Assembly: GCA_950097015.1 (NCBI GenBank)
Contig: CATNEN010000039.1
Span: 7,812,001 to 7,876,000, forward strand
DNA: 64,000 nt
Origin: Macrostomum hystrix
Lineage: Eukaryota > Animalia > Platyhelminthes
Reading direction: 5' to 3'
Of the stretch, positions 46,536-59,399 are shown piece by piece. The notes under the pieces are model-generated. The model did no database searches, was not told where the DNA came from, and was given only the letters and a program-made list of their open reading frames with translations. Within the stretch, counting starts at the first letter, position 1. The number at the start of each line of letters is the position of its first letter. The position numbers and the translations under genes were made by a program.

Positions 46536-48354
46536 ATGGTCATGGAAGCCCTGTCGCCAGTCAAGAAGCAGCCCATCACGCCGCCGAATGCCGTGGCGCA
46601 TTCCAAGCTCGAATCGCATCAGCATCAGCTGAGCGAGACACTGCAGGCCTCTCCGTTGACATCGGCGGCCGGTGCTACAGGAGCGAATGTTGCCGTCACT
46701 TTCGCCACCGTGGACTCCTTCGACTCATTCTCTGCCTACAGACTGTTTGCTGACTCACCCACTCAACTCCTGCAGTCTCAGCAGCAGGTGGGAATGTTCC
46801 CAGACTATCAGCTCCAGCATCTACCGCAACACCAACCGCAGCAGCAGCAGCAGCAGCAGCTTCAGCAAACTCAGAATCATCACCATCAACAGCAGCAGCA
46901 ACACCTGGCTAGCCTGTATGATCTGCCACGGCCAGAGAAGGTTCCGGTGTCCACCATCAGCTATCTGCCCCAGCATCACCAGCTTCATCAAAGTCACATG
47001 CAGCCGCTGATGACACAGATTCCGCATTCGTCTTCTAACATCAACCTTTATCAACCAATGAGCTCGGCGTTAAACCACGCCGATCATCTGGCATCGTCGG
47101 CAGTAACTATGGTAACAATGAGTCGCTATCCCGTGCACCTAGGCGACGGAAATGACATAGTCGGCGGCTGCGGTGGCGGCGGTGCCACTACCAGCAGCTG
47201 TTCTCCGACTTCATCAACGAGCGCGTCAAATCAGACGCCGCCAACTGGAGCTGGTCGACGTGGCAACGCCGGCTCTGTGCGTAAGAAACCTGTACCGAAC
47301 GATCTCAAGGACACCAGGTGAGCGTGCGCTGCTGACTGCTTTGAGCTGCTCATTGTTTAGAATGGTCAAGTCTGGGTTTACCTTTTAGAAGAGTGCTTTG
47401 ATTGATAAGAAAAAAGTTTGAATTCGCTTTAAGTCCAAGACTCAGCAACAAGCAAGCAGCAGTTTTTGCTTCCAGTTGCTTGATTTGCCATCTTTCTGTT
47501 GCTAGGAAGACAGACTGCGGGCACTGAGCCGCAGCGAGCGCGCAGGGAATTTTTCCAATACCGCTAGCCGACCCTGACCCCAATACACTCAGACATGTGT
47601 ATAGATCTGCAATAATTTTTCCTCGTGCACTCTCAATGTGTTTTGGGGGTTGGTCCTAGTGGGTGTTAACCACTCTGCCCTAAGTGAGTCGCAGAGCGGT
47701 TAACGCGTTTGCCTCTCGCACCAATGCACCTGAGCTTGATTCCGCGGCGAGGCCACATTTATTTGAGGCGCAGTCGCTGAGAGAAAGCTTGGGGTTTGTC
47801 GTGCAATTTGCGCCCTTGAGGGCCAACCTCCAAGGCACAGTGAAGTGTACGCTGCCTGACGATGAGAGTCATGGCGGATGTACACACCTGACCTGCGTGA
47901 GCGAGAGCCTGCGTAAGTCCAAGTCTTCACTTCGCGACTGCGTCGAATAATGAATGTGGCATTGTCCCGGATTCTAGCTCGGAGACGCCACCGCTCAACT
48001 ACTCATGCCGCCTTATGCTCACATAGTGCTCCAAAGCCTTACAACGCAAACTCTAATCGGCCCTGCCCCTGTACTCGAAACGAGCCCGCCGCTGCCGTGC
48101 CTCTTCTCCGCAGGTACTTCGAGCGCCGCAAGCGCAACAACGCCGCCGCTAAAAAGTCGCGCGACGCCCGCAAACAGCGCGAAGATGAGGTGTCTGTCCG
48201 AGCCAGCTTCCTTGAGAAGGAGAACGCCATGCTGCGAGCTCAGCTCAACTCTCTGCGGGAGGAGGTCAACTCGCTTCGCGAGGCGTTGCGCATGCAGCAG
48301 CAACAGCAGCAGCAGCAGCAACAGAACAGTCACAGAGATTTACCAGTGTCCTGA
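46536..48354 (+). CDS. PAR/CES-2-like bZIP transcription factor (TEF/HLF/DBP/PDP1-related), 340 aa
   Basis: Exons 46536-47317 and 48114-48354 (phase 2, 1023 nt) give [63 protein letters not shown]. Probable 5' UTR exon ending at donor CAG|GTGAGT near 45994. Confidence 0.9.
47684..47905 (+). mobile_element. SINE family B, 5' two-thirds, in the bZIP intron
   Basis: GCAGAGCGGTTAACGCGTTTGCCTCTCGCACCAA...CCCTTGAGGGCCAACCTCCAAGGCACAGTG. Confidence 0.8.
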
Positions 48355-50689
48355 TGTTGCAATGCACCGTCGTAGCTAGCTGTGCAACTGCATTCTCAAG
48401 TGTTTTCGCTATTTTCTCAGAGGCTTGTCAACGATGGCAGTCAGTTTTAACCACTAGATTTTGCCATTGCAGGAGTCGATATATTTTAATTGCTGCAACC
48501 TGCTCTACTGTGCGGTGCTGTCCGTTCTCTATGCTCCGATTCCTTCCTTTCTGTGTAAAATGCCTTGCTCTCTCGTTGAATTTTTAGCAGTACTGTGCTC
48601 ACCAAGATGAGCTCCTAAATTTTTTATCGATGTATAAATAATTTACCTGCAGCTTTATCTGACCTCTATTTCAGTGGCTGCCCCATCTTTCAGATGATGT
48701 TCATTAACCTCTCATATTCTAAACACTCGTAGCATATATGCTGCGTGTCAACTCAACTATTTAAACAAATCTGTAATAACCTGTTGAAAAATACTTGAAT
48801 TCAAAATCGATTCCACAATATAAAACTTGCTCATCCTTTGTTGCAATTTCTTTTGCACAGAATTTTTCGTTTACAAAATCGCTGTATTTAAATTGATAAT
48901 CAAAAATGCTAAATAAAGGCGTTGACAGAGTTTGATTACCTGTAGTTTGAGCTGCAGTATTATCGTTTGTTTGACAGCTTTTTAATGTTCTAGCTCCACT
49001 GTTTTCGTTTTTTGCTTCTTATGCGTTCATTTTAGTTAATTTTGCTTTCCAGCTCGAAAAGTAAGTTTTCATGGTTGATAGGTAAATTATATAACAACTT
49101 GGTCCAATGAAGGCTTGCAAGTCACTCTGAAAATATTAAAGTTTCAATTTAAATGCCGGAAGAACTCGTAATTTACCTAATCTAAAGAAATTCATACTGA
49201 AAAAAAATATTCGAACCACGACTAAAACTAAAATATGAGCCATCTGCAGTAATATGATCTACGTGTGCTATAGTATGATCGAAAAATAGATAGATTGATA
49301 GGCCATTGATAGATTATTCAGAGATAAGGCTCTATTAACTGCCGCAGCGTCGAGACCGGTAGAAATGACTAAAATAATATCGATTAACTGGTCAAATCTA
49401 TTAAAAGTACTACCAACCCATTTTGTCGCCCGTTTTTGTACCAATGGTATATTTCCGCACTCCGACTCGTGTGTCTCTATGGCAAAAAGCACTCGTGCGC
49501 GGAAATTGCAGTGTTGTTGGATTCATTATTGCACACAGTAAGAGTGGTAGGAAGCAGGGGTCAAGGGGACGCATTCTTATTTGAGCCAGCGTGCGGGAAT
49601 GAAAGAATCTATGGCCAAATCTCCACTGTTTTACACATGGACATCGTGCAGGAATGACACTCTCCGTTCCTGCACGCAAACAATTTATTTATATGTTTAT
49701 TTGTTTGATTTTTATTTATTTATTATTTGATTTATTTTTAACCCTCTCTCTCTTTCCTCCCGTCCACACTTTATTCTTAATATGAATTTTGTCTATGGTT
49801 AGTCTAATGGCTCTAATAAGAATGAAATTCATGAACGCTTACTCGTGCGTCTATGGCCAAAGCACGAGTGCGCTTCGCGCTTCGCGCACTCGTGCTTTTC
49901 CCATTGACGCACTCGTAAGCGTTCAAGAATTATACAGTCCCCTTGCGTGGGGTGTGGGGGCGGAGCCCCCACTAATACGATTACCATAGACATTTAAACC
50001 AAAGATAGACCCACTAGCCCGAAAGCTTTATTTCGTCCGATTTTAAAAGGGTTGAGCCATAGACATATGCATTCCTGCACTGTCGTGAAATTATCTTGTC
50101 TATTTAGAGCTTTACCTCCATGTAAATAATCACCAAAGATTCACCTCAGTCATCTAACCCAATTTGAAATCGACATGGCTAGCACCATAGACCCAAATTT
50201 TTGCGCTCCATTAATTGATTTGAACTACGTCACCGTGAGTGGAGTTTCGACGGATGCTGTAGCCGTTTTGTCTACAGAAAGCAAATTCGAGCGAGAGAGT
50301 GAAGAAGTATTGGCACTGTCACTGGAGGTTATTAATTGGCACCGATGAACAGTTGGAGAAGCTACTGGCTACGGAGGTGTGCGTGATGAGAATTTAAATG
50401 AACTAAATATACTATAATTAATGTTCCGTTTCCTTTACAGTGCAAGAATCTCACATCATTCCTGCACTGATTTTCTGCTTGATTTCAATGGCGTTTTTAC
50501 CGTAGACAGTTGCATTGCGGCACTCGAAAGAGTGCGGGAACGACATTCCTGCACGTTGAATCCGACAACAACACTGTGGTATTTACCCCCTGAAAGTTAT
50601 TTTTGCTGCACCGAACGGAGCAACGCAAGCACACGAAACTCAGGAACACGGCAGGCCAACTTTTTGCTGCGCATTTTCTGAAACAAGAA

Positions 50690-50868
50690 TTAGGTCGCTA
50701 GCTCTTCAGACCGTCGAGATATTCATAGGTTCTGGCCGAAGGTCAGGTTGTTTTTCATAAGAGCTAATGTATTTCATACACCAGGCCTTCAAACTTTATC
50801 AGCATGTCACCCGAATGTGCCTGCATTATCTCCGTCTTCGGTGGTCACCTACCTTTATCTAGACGGAG
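50690..50868 (+). repeat. Second copy of the dispersed repeat at 20160-20375
   Basis: Alignment by eye, with an internal deletion of about 37 bp relative to the first copy. Confidence 0.72.
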
Positions 50869-51665
50869 CTGCTTGGAACATGGAAAATGGATTTCTCGTT
50901 TGAGCCAGAAAAAAATTTGGCTTGAAAAAAATTCGCAAAAGTATTGATTGGATGATCAAATAAATGACACTTACGAAACCAGACACTTACGTTGAGAAAC
51001 CGGTAAGTACTCAACGCTTTTACTATACTCCATTCCACTTTCCAACACCAATAAAGTGTCTAACAGACAATTTTAAATGGTTCTCAAGAGTTTTCCAAGA
51101 ACATTTTTTAAAGTTAAAGTGCTAGTTCACTAGAAACTGTCGAGTACGACAAATTGGCGACGATCTTGAACAATCCACTACCGAAATTCACACTTAACAT
51201 TCTGGCTTTCCTGATGTCCCAGTGCTCATTGCGCTAACAATTTAGCCCTGAAGCAATTTAGGCTGACCGTAGCGGCCTTCATGACAGACGTTGTCGCGAC
51301 GACTCCGCAAGCTCCACTGGGGATTGTTGCCAGTGAGGAGCGCACGGAAATGGCTTTCAGTCAGCTCGATTCGGCCAGTAGTGAGGCTGCGAGGATTAAA
51401 TTTCTAATTGGAAGCTGGGTTTTCAATTTTCATCATTGCCGGAAAATTCTTCGACAGGCTGATCCACCGATGGGGTTGCCCCGTCATTGGCTGCCCAAAT
51501 CCATCGGGGATCGCACAGTCGACTTGGCGGCTATGCTAGCAAATCGTAGATACGATGGCGAAAACTGATGTCTAACTGGTTTAAAACTTCAAGCATTCTC
51601 GTTAAGCATACCCAGCTCAAACCGACTTTGAAGACGCACAACAAGTTTTTCGTGCCCTCCGAAAA

Positions 51666-54600
51666 ATGGCGGCTTCTGGGTCGTCGCAGGCCTTTCGACA
51701 GTTCGTGCCCGAGTCTCTGGCCAGAATTCACCGTCGCCAGGAGGAGCTCAGCTTTCTTGGTCAGGCCCTGAGCGCGCATCACGCCTCCGCTTTCCCCAAC
51801 TCTGCCACACCGCTGGCCGCGGCCGAGGTAACTTCCAGTGGAGCGGGTGTCGGCTCCTCCACACTGCCGCAGACTGGCCAGCCGCAGCCACCAGGCTCTT
51901 CCGACGAGCGCAAGCCGAACGCAAAGCTGGAGGCGGGTATGAAGCTACCGCCATCAATGTCTGACACCTTTCCAGTGAAGAAGCTGAGCGGAATTCCGTT
52001 GGAAGACATCGACGAGTTCTACGGTGACAAGATGACCTTCGTTGTCATAGCCAAGGATAAGACAATATTCCGTTTCTCCGCTTCTAACGCTCTGTTTGTT
52101 CTGTCACCTTTCAACCCGGTGCGCAGAGGAGCCATATTTGTGTTGACGCACCCGGCCTTCTCGATGCTCGTGCTGATGGCAATTATTTGCAACTGCGTCT
52201 TCATGGCCCGGAACAGCAGCTCAGAGGCTGTGGAGTACACATTTACGGCCATATACACAACAGAAGCTACCATCAAAGCAGTTTCTCGTGGCTTAATTCT
52301 AAGCGACTTTACTTATTTGAGAGACGCTTGGAACTGGCTGGACTTCATTGTGATCGGCCTAGCCTATCTGATGTTCTTTATTCCGACGCTGGGTAACTTA
52401 AGCGCGTTGCGGTCACTCCGTGTTCTTCGTGCCCTGAAAACCGTTACCACGGTGCCTGGGCTCAAGACTATTGTTGGAGCGCTGATGGAAGCCGTAAAGC
52501 GTCTTCGCGATGTTGGCATTCTCACCATCTTTGTGCTGAGTATTTTCGCTCTAATTGGCCTGCAGATGTACAAAGGAACGCTGCTGCAGAAGTGCGTTCT
52601 GGAGTTCAACTTCACGGCTTTGCTCGAGGCTCGCGGCTTTAACGAATCTGAGATGGACCAAGACGCTCTGGAGTTGATGAGAGAGCGTGAATTTGACCTA
52701 CATGGCAATAACCGCAGCAACTGGCATCCGGACTTGCTCATCTGCAGCTTTTCAAGCCTGGGTCAGCCCTGTCCACAAGGCTACCAGTGCTTTAGTACCG
52801 ACGATGCCAACCCGAACTTTGGCTACACCAGCTTTGACAACTTCGGCTGGGCCATGCTGTGCGCCTTTCGTCTGATGACGCAAGACTACTGGGAGAATCT
52901 CTACCAGCTCATCATCCGAAGCAATGGAACGCCGCACTTTTTTTTCTTTGTACTCGTTATCATGCTGGGTTCGTTCTTCCTCATGAATGTAATCCTGGCC
53001 ATTGTGGCTATGGCATACGATGAAGTTCGAATGCAGGACATCCTGGATGAGGAGGCCGAAGTGGCTGCGCGTAAAGAAGAAGACGAACGTCGAGAGGCTG
53101 AGGCTGAGGCTGAAGCTGAGGCTGAGGTGGAGGCCGCAGCTGAGCCCATGCTCCAGTCACCATTGTCGCTTCCCTTGGGAGATCTCCAGGGAAATGACAT
53201 GGTCTCCTGTAGCCACTGTACACCACAGCTGCAGCAGCCGCCACCGTTGCCGATTTTCCCTTACGTCGACGATTCGAATGCTCAGACGCCGGACGCGATG
53301 GCCGCGGCATCGGCGGCGGCGCTGATGTCGCCGATGCGAACTCCGCTGGCGAGACGAGCGGCCGAGCAGCTGCTGAAATACGACATCATTCGATCCGCTT
53401 CTATCGATGAAAAAGTCAGCAGCGATAGCGATAGTGAGAATGACTTCGTTGATAAAAGTAATTCGGATTGCGATAAATGTCCTTGCCATAGGGAGGTCTC
53501 AGTGGCAGAGGACATTGAGGCTGCCGTAGCTGCTGTGACCTCTGAAGAAGCACCGAAGGAGAAGAAGTTCGAATATTGGAAGCGGGTGATGCTGGAAAAG
53601 CTATGTTACAGCTGGGAGTGCTGTTACTGTTGGAAGGTTTTAGAGAAGTATGTTAGCCTCTTTATTCTAGATCCATTCGTCGAGCTGTTCATCACTATTT
53701 GCATCCTTGTCAACACATTATTTATGGCGCTGGATGTCCCAGCGAATTCTCAAGCTTTTAAGGACTTCTTGAGTAACGCGAACCTCTTCTTCACTGCCAC
53801 ATTTGCCATCGAGGCCTTCTCGAAGCTTATCGGCATGCGGCCCGCTGTGTATTTTCGTGACGGTTGGAACATCTTCGACTTCTCCATAGTGCTGCTCAGC
53901 CTGGTAGAACTGCCGCTGCAGAATGTGCAGGGTCTGTCCATTCTACGAGCTTTCCGTCTGCTGCGAGTGTTTAAGCTGGCAAAGTCCTGGCAGACAATGA
54001 ACCTGCTATTTGCTATCATCGCACGGACCATGGGCGCACTGGGAAACCTGGTCTTTGTTCTAGGCATCGTGATTTTCATCTTCGCCGTTGTCGGCATGCA
54101 GCTTTTCGGCGAAAGCTACCATGCATACAAGAACATCACACTCTATCCGGAATACGATGGCTATCATCCTCGCTGGAATTTTGTTGACTTCACGCACAGC
54201 TTCATGATTGTGTTTCGCGTGCTCTGCGGCGAGTGGATCGAGAGCATGTGGGACTGCATGCGTCTCAACGGGTTCGTATGCGTGCCGTTTTTCATGCTCA
54301 CGAAAGTCATCGCTGGCCTGGTGGTGCTGAGTCTATTCCTGGCCTTGCTCCTCAGCAGCTTCGGCTCCGAGAGCCTCCAACGCCGAGAAGAGGAAGAGGA
54401 AGAGGTGAACAAACTGCAGCAGGCCATCGACCGTATCAATCGCTTTCTAGTCTGGTCACACCTCAAGGTGAAGGGCTTCGCGGCCAGACTGTTTGGCGGA
54501 CTGAAGCGTCGTCTCTGGGCTCGTCCAGTGCGGGACAGCGAACTATTTGAGGATGACAATGGAGACGATGTCGAAGATGGTAAGACCATAGATCAGAATC

Positions 54601-57600
54601 GTCGGCGAGCTGGTGGCAGCAATCCAGAGTTGTCGCTGCGCAGTGGCCAATCACCATTGAGACGTCATGGCGCCCTGGTGATAGAAAACTTTGGCCTGTC
54701 CGGCGTCAGTCACCTTCTAATCGGTGCTCACAGCGAATCGCCACAAGAAGAGCATTCAGTAAATTTGATTGAGGGGCCATCCCCACCGCCACCAGTCACG
54801 CTGCCGAATTTCAGCAAGGAGCCAGAGGTGACCGAAGTTGAAATACTCTACTGGGATACTCCGGAGGACTGCGTACCCGCCAAGCTGACCAACATGTGCC
54901 CCTGGATTGCTCGGCTCTGCAATTCAACGGCACTTGGCCGCTTTTGGTGGGGCTTGCGGTGTCGTGCCTACCGCCTGGTCGATCACCGCTACTTCGAAGC
55001 GTTCATTATCGCCCTCATCGCCATTAGCAGCCTAACATTGACCCTCGAAGACGTGAATCTCCCACGCAGACCAAGGCTCAAATTGACGCTCGAGTACATG
55101 GACAAGTGTTTCACAATTATCTTCGCTTTTGAAATGCTCGTTAAGTGGTTCGCTTTCGGTCTGAAAAAGTACTTCAGCGACGCCTGGTGCTGGCTAGATT
55201 TCGTAATTGTCAATGTGGCAGTCATCAGCCTGGTGCTAAACTCATTGGGCGGTGAGGCCGGGCAGAGTATGGGCGCGTTCAAGGCCATGCGAACTTTAAG
55301 GGCCCTGCGGCCTCTGCGAGCCGTCAGCCGGTGGGAAGGCATGCGCATTGTGGTAAATGCGCTGATTCAGGCCATACCGTCTATCTTCAACGTGCTGCTC
55401 GTTTGCCTGGTGTTCTGGCTCATCTTCAGTATCATGGGGGTCCAGCTGTTTGGTGGACAATTTTTTAAGTGCGTCAGCAAGGAGACTGGGGAGCGTCTGT
55501 TGCCAGTGGTGGTGCCGGACCTCGAGTCTTGCGAACGAATGCGCCTGGCCTTCGACAATGTGTCCTGGGTGAACTCTCGGATTAACTTTGACAATGTGCT
55601 CAATGGCTACCTGGCACTATTCCAGATATCAACATACAAGGGCTGGACCGCTATTATTGCTGACGCTGTTGACACGACAGGTGGGTTGTTGACCTTGGTT
55701 GTTGAAAAGTGCACGGGGTAGTGTCCCAAACAGGCAAATGCAATTTTCTTGCGATTATAAGTTATCGACTGCATATAATCATGTAGTCATGAGTGTTGTA
55801 GTTAAGTTGTGTAGTACTTATATTTAGAGAACATTAAAATAATGCAACTGTTAAAAAATAATTAACACTTGACTTCCCTCTAGTTGTACCACGTTTCGTC
55901 TGAGTTTTAAAGCCTGTAAATAACTATTTCTGAACATCTTACGGCTAAAATCATTGAATGATAGAATAGAATGACCATCAAGATTCGATGAGAAATCCAT
56001 CCCAGACACAGATAATTTTTGTGAATCACCAACTTAGGCCCTTCAAAGCATCGCCTCCATGTACGAGGGCTGCTCAAAAAGTTTCCGGAAAAACATATTT
56101 TAACATATCAAACCAGCATGAAATTTTACTAGCAGTCAGACACAGATCCTAACACTTCTCAAAATATCCGCCATCGCAATCCAAGCACTTTTTCATGCTG
56201 TTAAACCACGCAGAAAAACATGCCCCCAAAATAGTCTCTGTTGATTTTCGCCAATTCGCCTTCCATCGCATTCAGCAGCTCCTCCTGGGTGTCAAAACGC
56301 CTCCCTTTCAAATTCCGCTTGATTTTCGGAAAGAGGAAGAAATCGCAAGGCGCCAGATCAGGTGAATACGGCGGATGCGGCAGCAGCGTCAGGTTTGTCG
56401 CCGACAAAAACTCTGACGCCACTCGGGCCTTGTGTGCCGATGCGTCATCGTAGTGCAGGATGATGTGCCGATCTCTGGTCTTTGGCCGCTGTTCTTGAAG
56501 CACTTCAGTGAGGCATCTGGTTGTGTACCACTCTGCCGTCACTGTGGCACATTGTCCAGCACCACAGGCGGCAGAATCCCACAGCGACGGAAGAAAACTG
56601 CGACCATCACTTTCCCGACACTGCGTTCTCGTGCATGCGAATTTCACCGGCACTCCTTCACCATCAGCAACCCATTGCCGGCCCTGAGCTTTAGTTTCTG
56701 GATCGTAAAAGTAGATCCAGGTTTCGTCACCTGTTAGCACGTTGGACACCAGCGGTGAGGCTCCTGCGTTGAACTGACGCAGCGCAGACTGGCAGAAACT
56801 GACTCGGGCTTCCCTGTGCTCGGCAGTTAGCTGATGGGGTACCCATCTGGCGCACAGCTTGCGTACGCCAAGTCGATCGTGCAGAATGGAATTCATGGTG
56901 TCATCTGACACCCCAACATTCTGCACGAGCTCACGAGTGGTCACACGTCTGTCTTCGTCAAGCAGACGCCTGGTGGCAGCCTCAGTTGTAGGCGTAATGG
57001 CTAAATTCGGACGTACTTCACGCGGTTCGTCGTCAAGACCGGATGCACCAGTCCAAAAACGAGCGTGCCACTCGTACACGACGCTCTGGCTTGGGGCTTC
57101 ACTTCGAAGCGCCGTTTGAAGCATCTGCAGGCACTAGGATGGAGAATTTCCCAGGCGGAAAAGCAGCAGCAGCATGGCTCTCTTGTCACGCCGGGTCAGG
57201 CTTGGAGGTGGGTCCTGGTTCTCGTCAGTCTGGGCTCTCTTGCGAGTGAACATGGAAATGCAGCGAGCTGAAATTTTAGGCATACTGTCTCAATATATTC
57301 CTTGATCATTCCCTAAAAAAGCTCCTAAAAATAGTGCCACGAACTATGTTTTTCCGGAAACTTATTGAGCAACCCTCGTATCAACAACAAACAATGCCTT
57401 TGTTGCTATCCCCACCACCGCAGGTGTCGGCAAGCAGCCATTTCGCGACGCCAACACGCCGATGTACTTCTTCTTTGTACTTTTCATTATCTTCGGCTCG
57501 TTTTTCACCTTGAACTTGTTCATCGGCGTCATCATCGACAACTTCAACGTGCAGAAGAAGCGTGCCGGGGGCTCTCTGGAGATGTTTATGACGGAGGACC

Positions 57601-59399
57601 AGAAGAAGTACTACAAAGCTATGAAGAAGATGAGCAGCGCCTCGCCACAGAAGCCAGTGCCGAAGCCGAATCTGCGCGTGTCCCAGTTTTTCTTCTTAAT
57701 TACCAGCAATCAGAAGTTCGATATTGTCATCATGTCCTTCATCATGCTCAACACGGTGGTCATGTGCATTGAGCATCACAACCAGTCGGCCGCATTCAGT
57801 ACCGTCGTGAACCAGGTGAACCGATTCTTTATCGTCCTATTTACAGGTGAGGCGGTGTTCAAGCTGCTGGCTCAGCGCTGGCACTACTTCAAATTCGCTT
57901 GGAACGTCTTCGACTTCACAATTGTTGTGTTGAGCGTTCTCACCTGGGCCATGGAGGACATCATGCACGTGCTTCCGGTTCCGCCAACAATGATCCGAGT
58001 CGTACGCGTGTTCCGCGTCGGTCGCGTCCTTCGATTGGTGAAGTCTGCCCGCGGCATCCGGACGCTGCTGTTCTCGTTATTCGTGTCCCTACCTGCGCTG
58101 TTTAACATCGGCATTTTGCTGCTTATGGTCATGTTCATTTACAGCATTGTAGGCTTATCATTCTTCAGCCACGTCAGGCACCACAACGGCATCGATCAGA
58201 TTTTCAACTTCGAGACCTTCCCGAGCGCCATGATTGTGCTCTTCATGATGAGCACCTCCGCCGGCTGGGACGGCGTTCTGGATGGCCTGATGAACGAGGA
58301 GCCGCCGATGTGCAATCCAAACAAGCGACCGCACAGCGACTGCGGCAACTACGCCATCGCGGTGGTGTTCCTTGTCTCCTACTTGGTGATCAGCTTCCTG
58401 GTCATCATCAACATGTACATTGCCGTCATCCTGGAAAACTTCAGCCAGGCCACGGAAGACGTGCAGCAAGGACTGACGCAGGAGGACTTTGACCTATTCT
58501 ACGAGAAGTGGGAAAAGTACGACCTGAAGGCTAGGGGTTTCATCAAGCTGAGCGATGTGTACACCCTCATCGACGAGTTGGACCCCCCGTTGCAGGTCAG
58601 TCTTTTGTTTAGTATCTCAAAAAGCCCAACTTCCGTGATACAAGTGAGCATGCGGACAGTCTGGTGAGATGTGCGCTATCGAGCTTAATGTACTAGGCAT
58701 TGTGCCTGTTTACGTTTGTGCCTTCATGAGAGATTTTCGGTCTCTCATACTTATTGCGCGGCGCTTCCAAGGCTATGTACAGGTGTTCAGTCCGTGGACT
58801 GGGCAGGCCGCCGCACTCCTTGCCCAATGCAGGCAATTTTTTTATATTTGGGTGACCTGAAGTACATGGAAAGTGTTTTAATTAAGTTGTTTTTCTTGGG
58901 CTTTACTTTGTTTTCCTTCGAACTAACGACCTCAGAATTCCGAAGCTCCATCAAGCTCCATGAATCATACAGAATGTACATAATGACTTTGCCGTGGTTT
59001 GTAAGGCGAATCGGCAATTGTAAGAATATATACAGTTTTGTGTTCAAGAAATCATTGATCAGATGACGATAACGCTTAACTCACCTTCGTCAGGTACCCG
59101 CTCCAAACAAGATCAAACTGGCCAGCCTGGCTGTGCCAATCTGCGAAGGTGACACCGTCTACTGTGTGGACCTGCTGGACGCGTTGACAAAGAACTTCCT
59201 GGGCACCGGAGACGAGGCCGAGGAGGCCCTGGCCGAGATGCGGCCAGTCGGGAAGGCCAAGACTGAACGGGTGGTGGTCAGCAGCACCGCCGAGAGGCAG
59301 CGTCAGGTGGCCGCGGCGCGGATCATTCTGCGCTACTGGCGCCACTGGCGCGAGGTCAGAGCGAAGGGCGGAGCGGCTACGGCCCAGTCGGAGAGCTGA
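51666..59399 (+). CDS. Voltage-gated sodium channel alpha subunit (Nav1/para-like, DEKA filter), about 1830 aa
   Basis: Exons 51666-55680, 57424-58595 and 59094-59399 (phases 1,0; 5493 nt). Four repeats with S4 R/K arrays; P-loops TQDYWE, CGEWIE, TYKGWTA, TSAGWDG; inactivation motif MFMTEDQKKYY; C-terminal EF-hand-like and IQ-like regions. Confidence 0.97.
56064..57378 (-). mobile_element. Full-length-size mariner (DD34D), 1315 bp, degraded transposase, in Nav intron 1
   Basis: TA at 56062-63 and 57379-80; TIR CGAGGGCTGCTCAAAAAGTTTCCGGAAAAACATA; motifs WVPHQL, TGDETW, YDDASAH, HPPYSPDLAPCD (34-residue spacing); compensating frameshifts near 56550-56640. Confidence 0.95.

Noticed and set aside
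56201-57124. Active mariner transposase
   Set aside because: A central segment is out of frame between compensating frameshifts, the N-terminus is disrupted and HDNA is altered to YDDA
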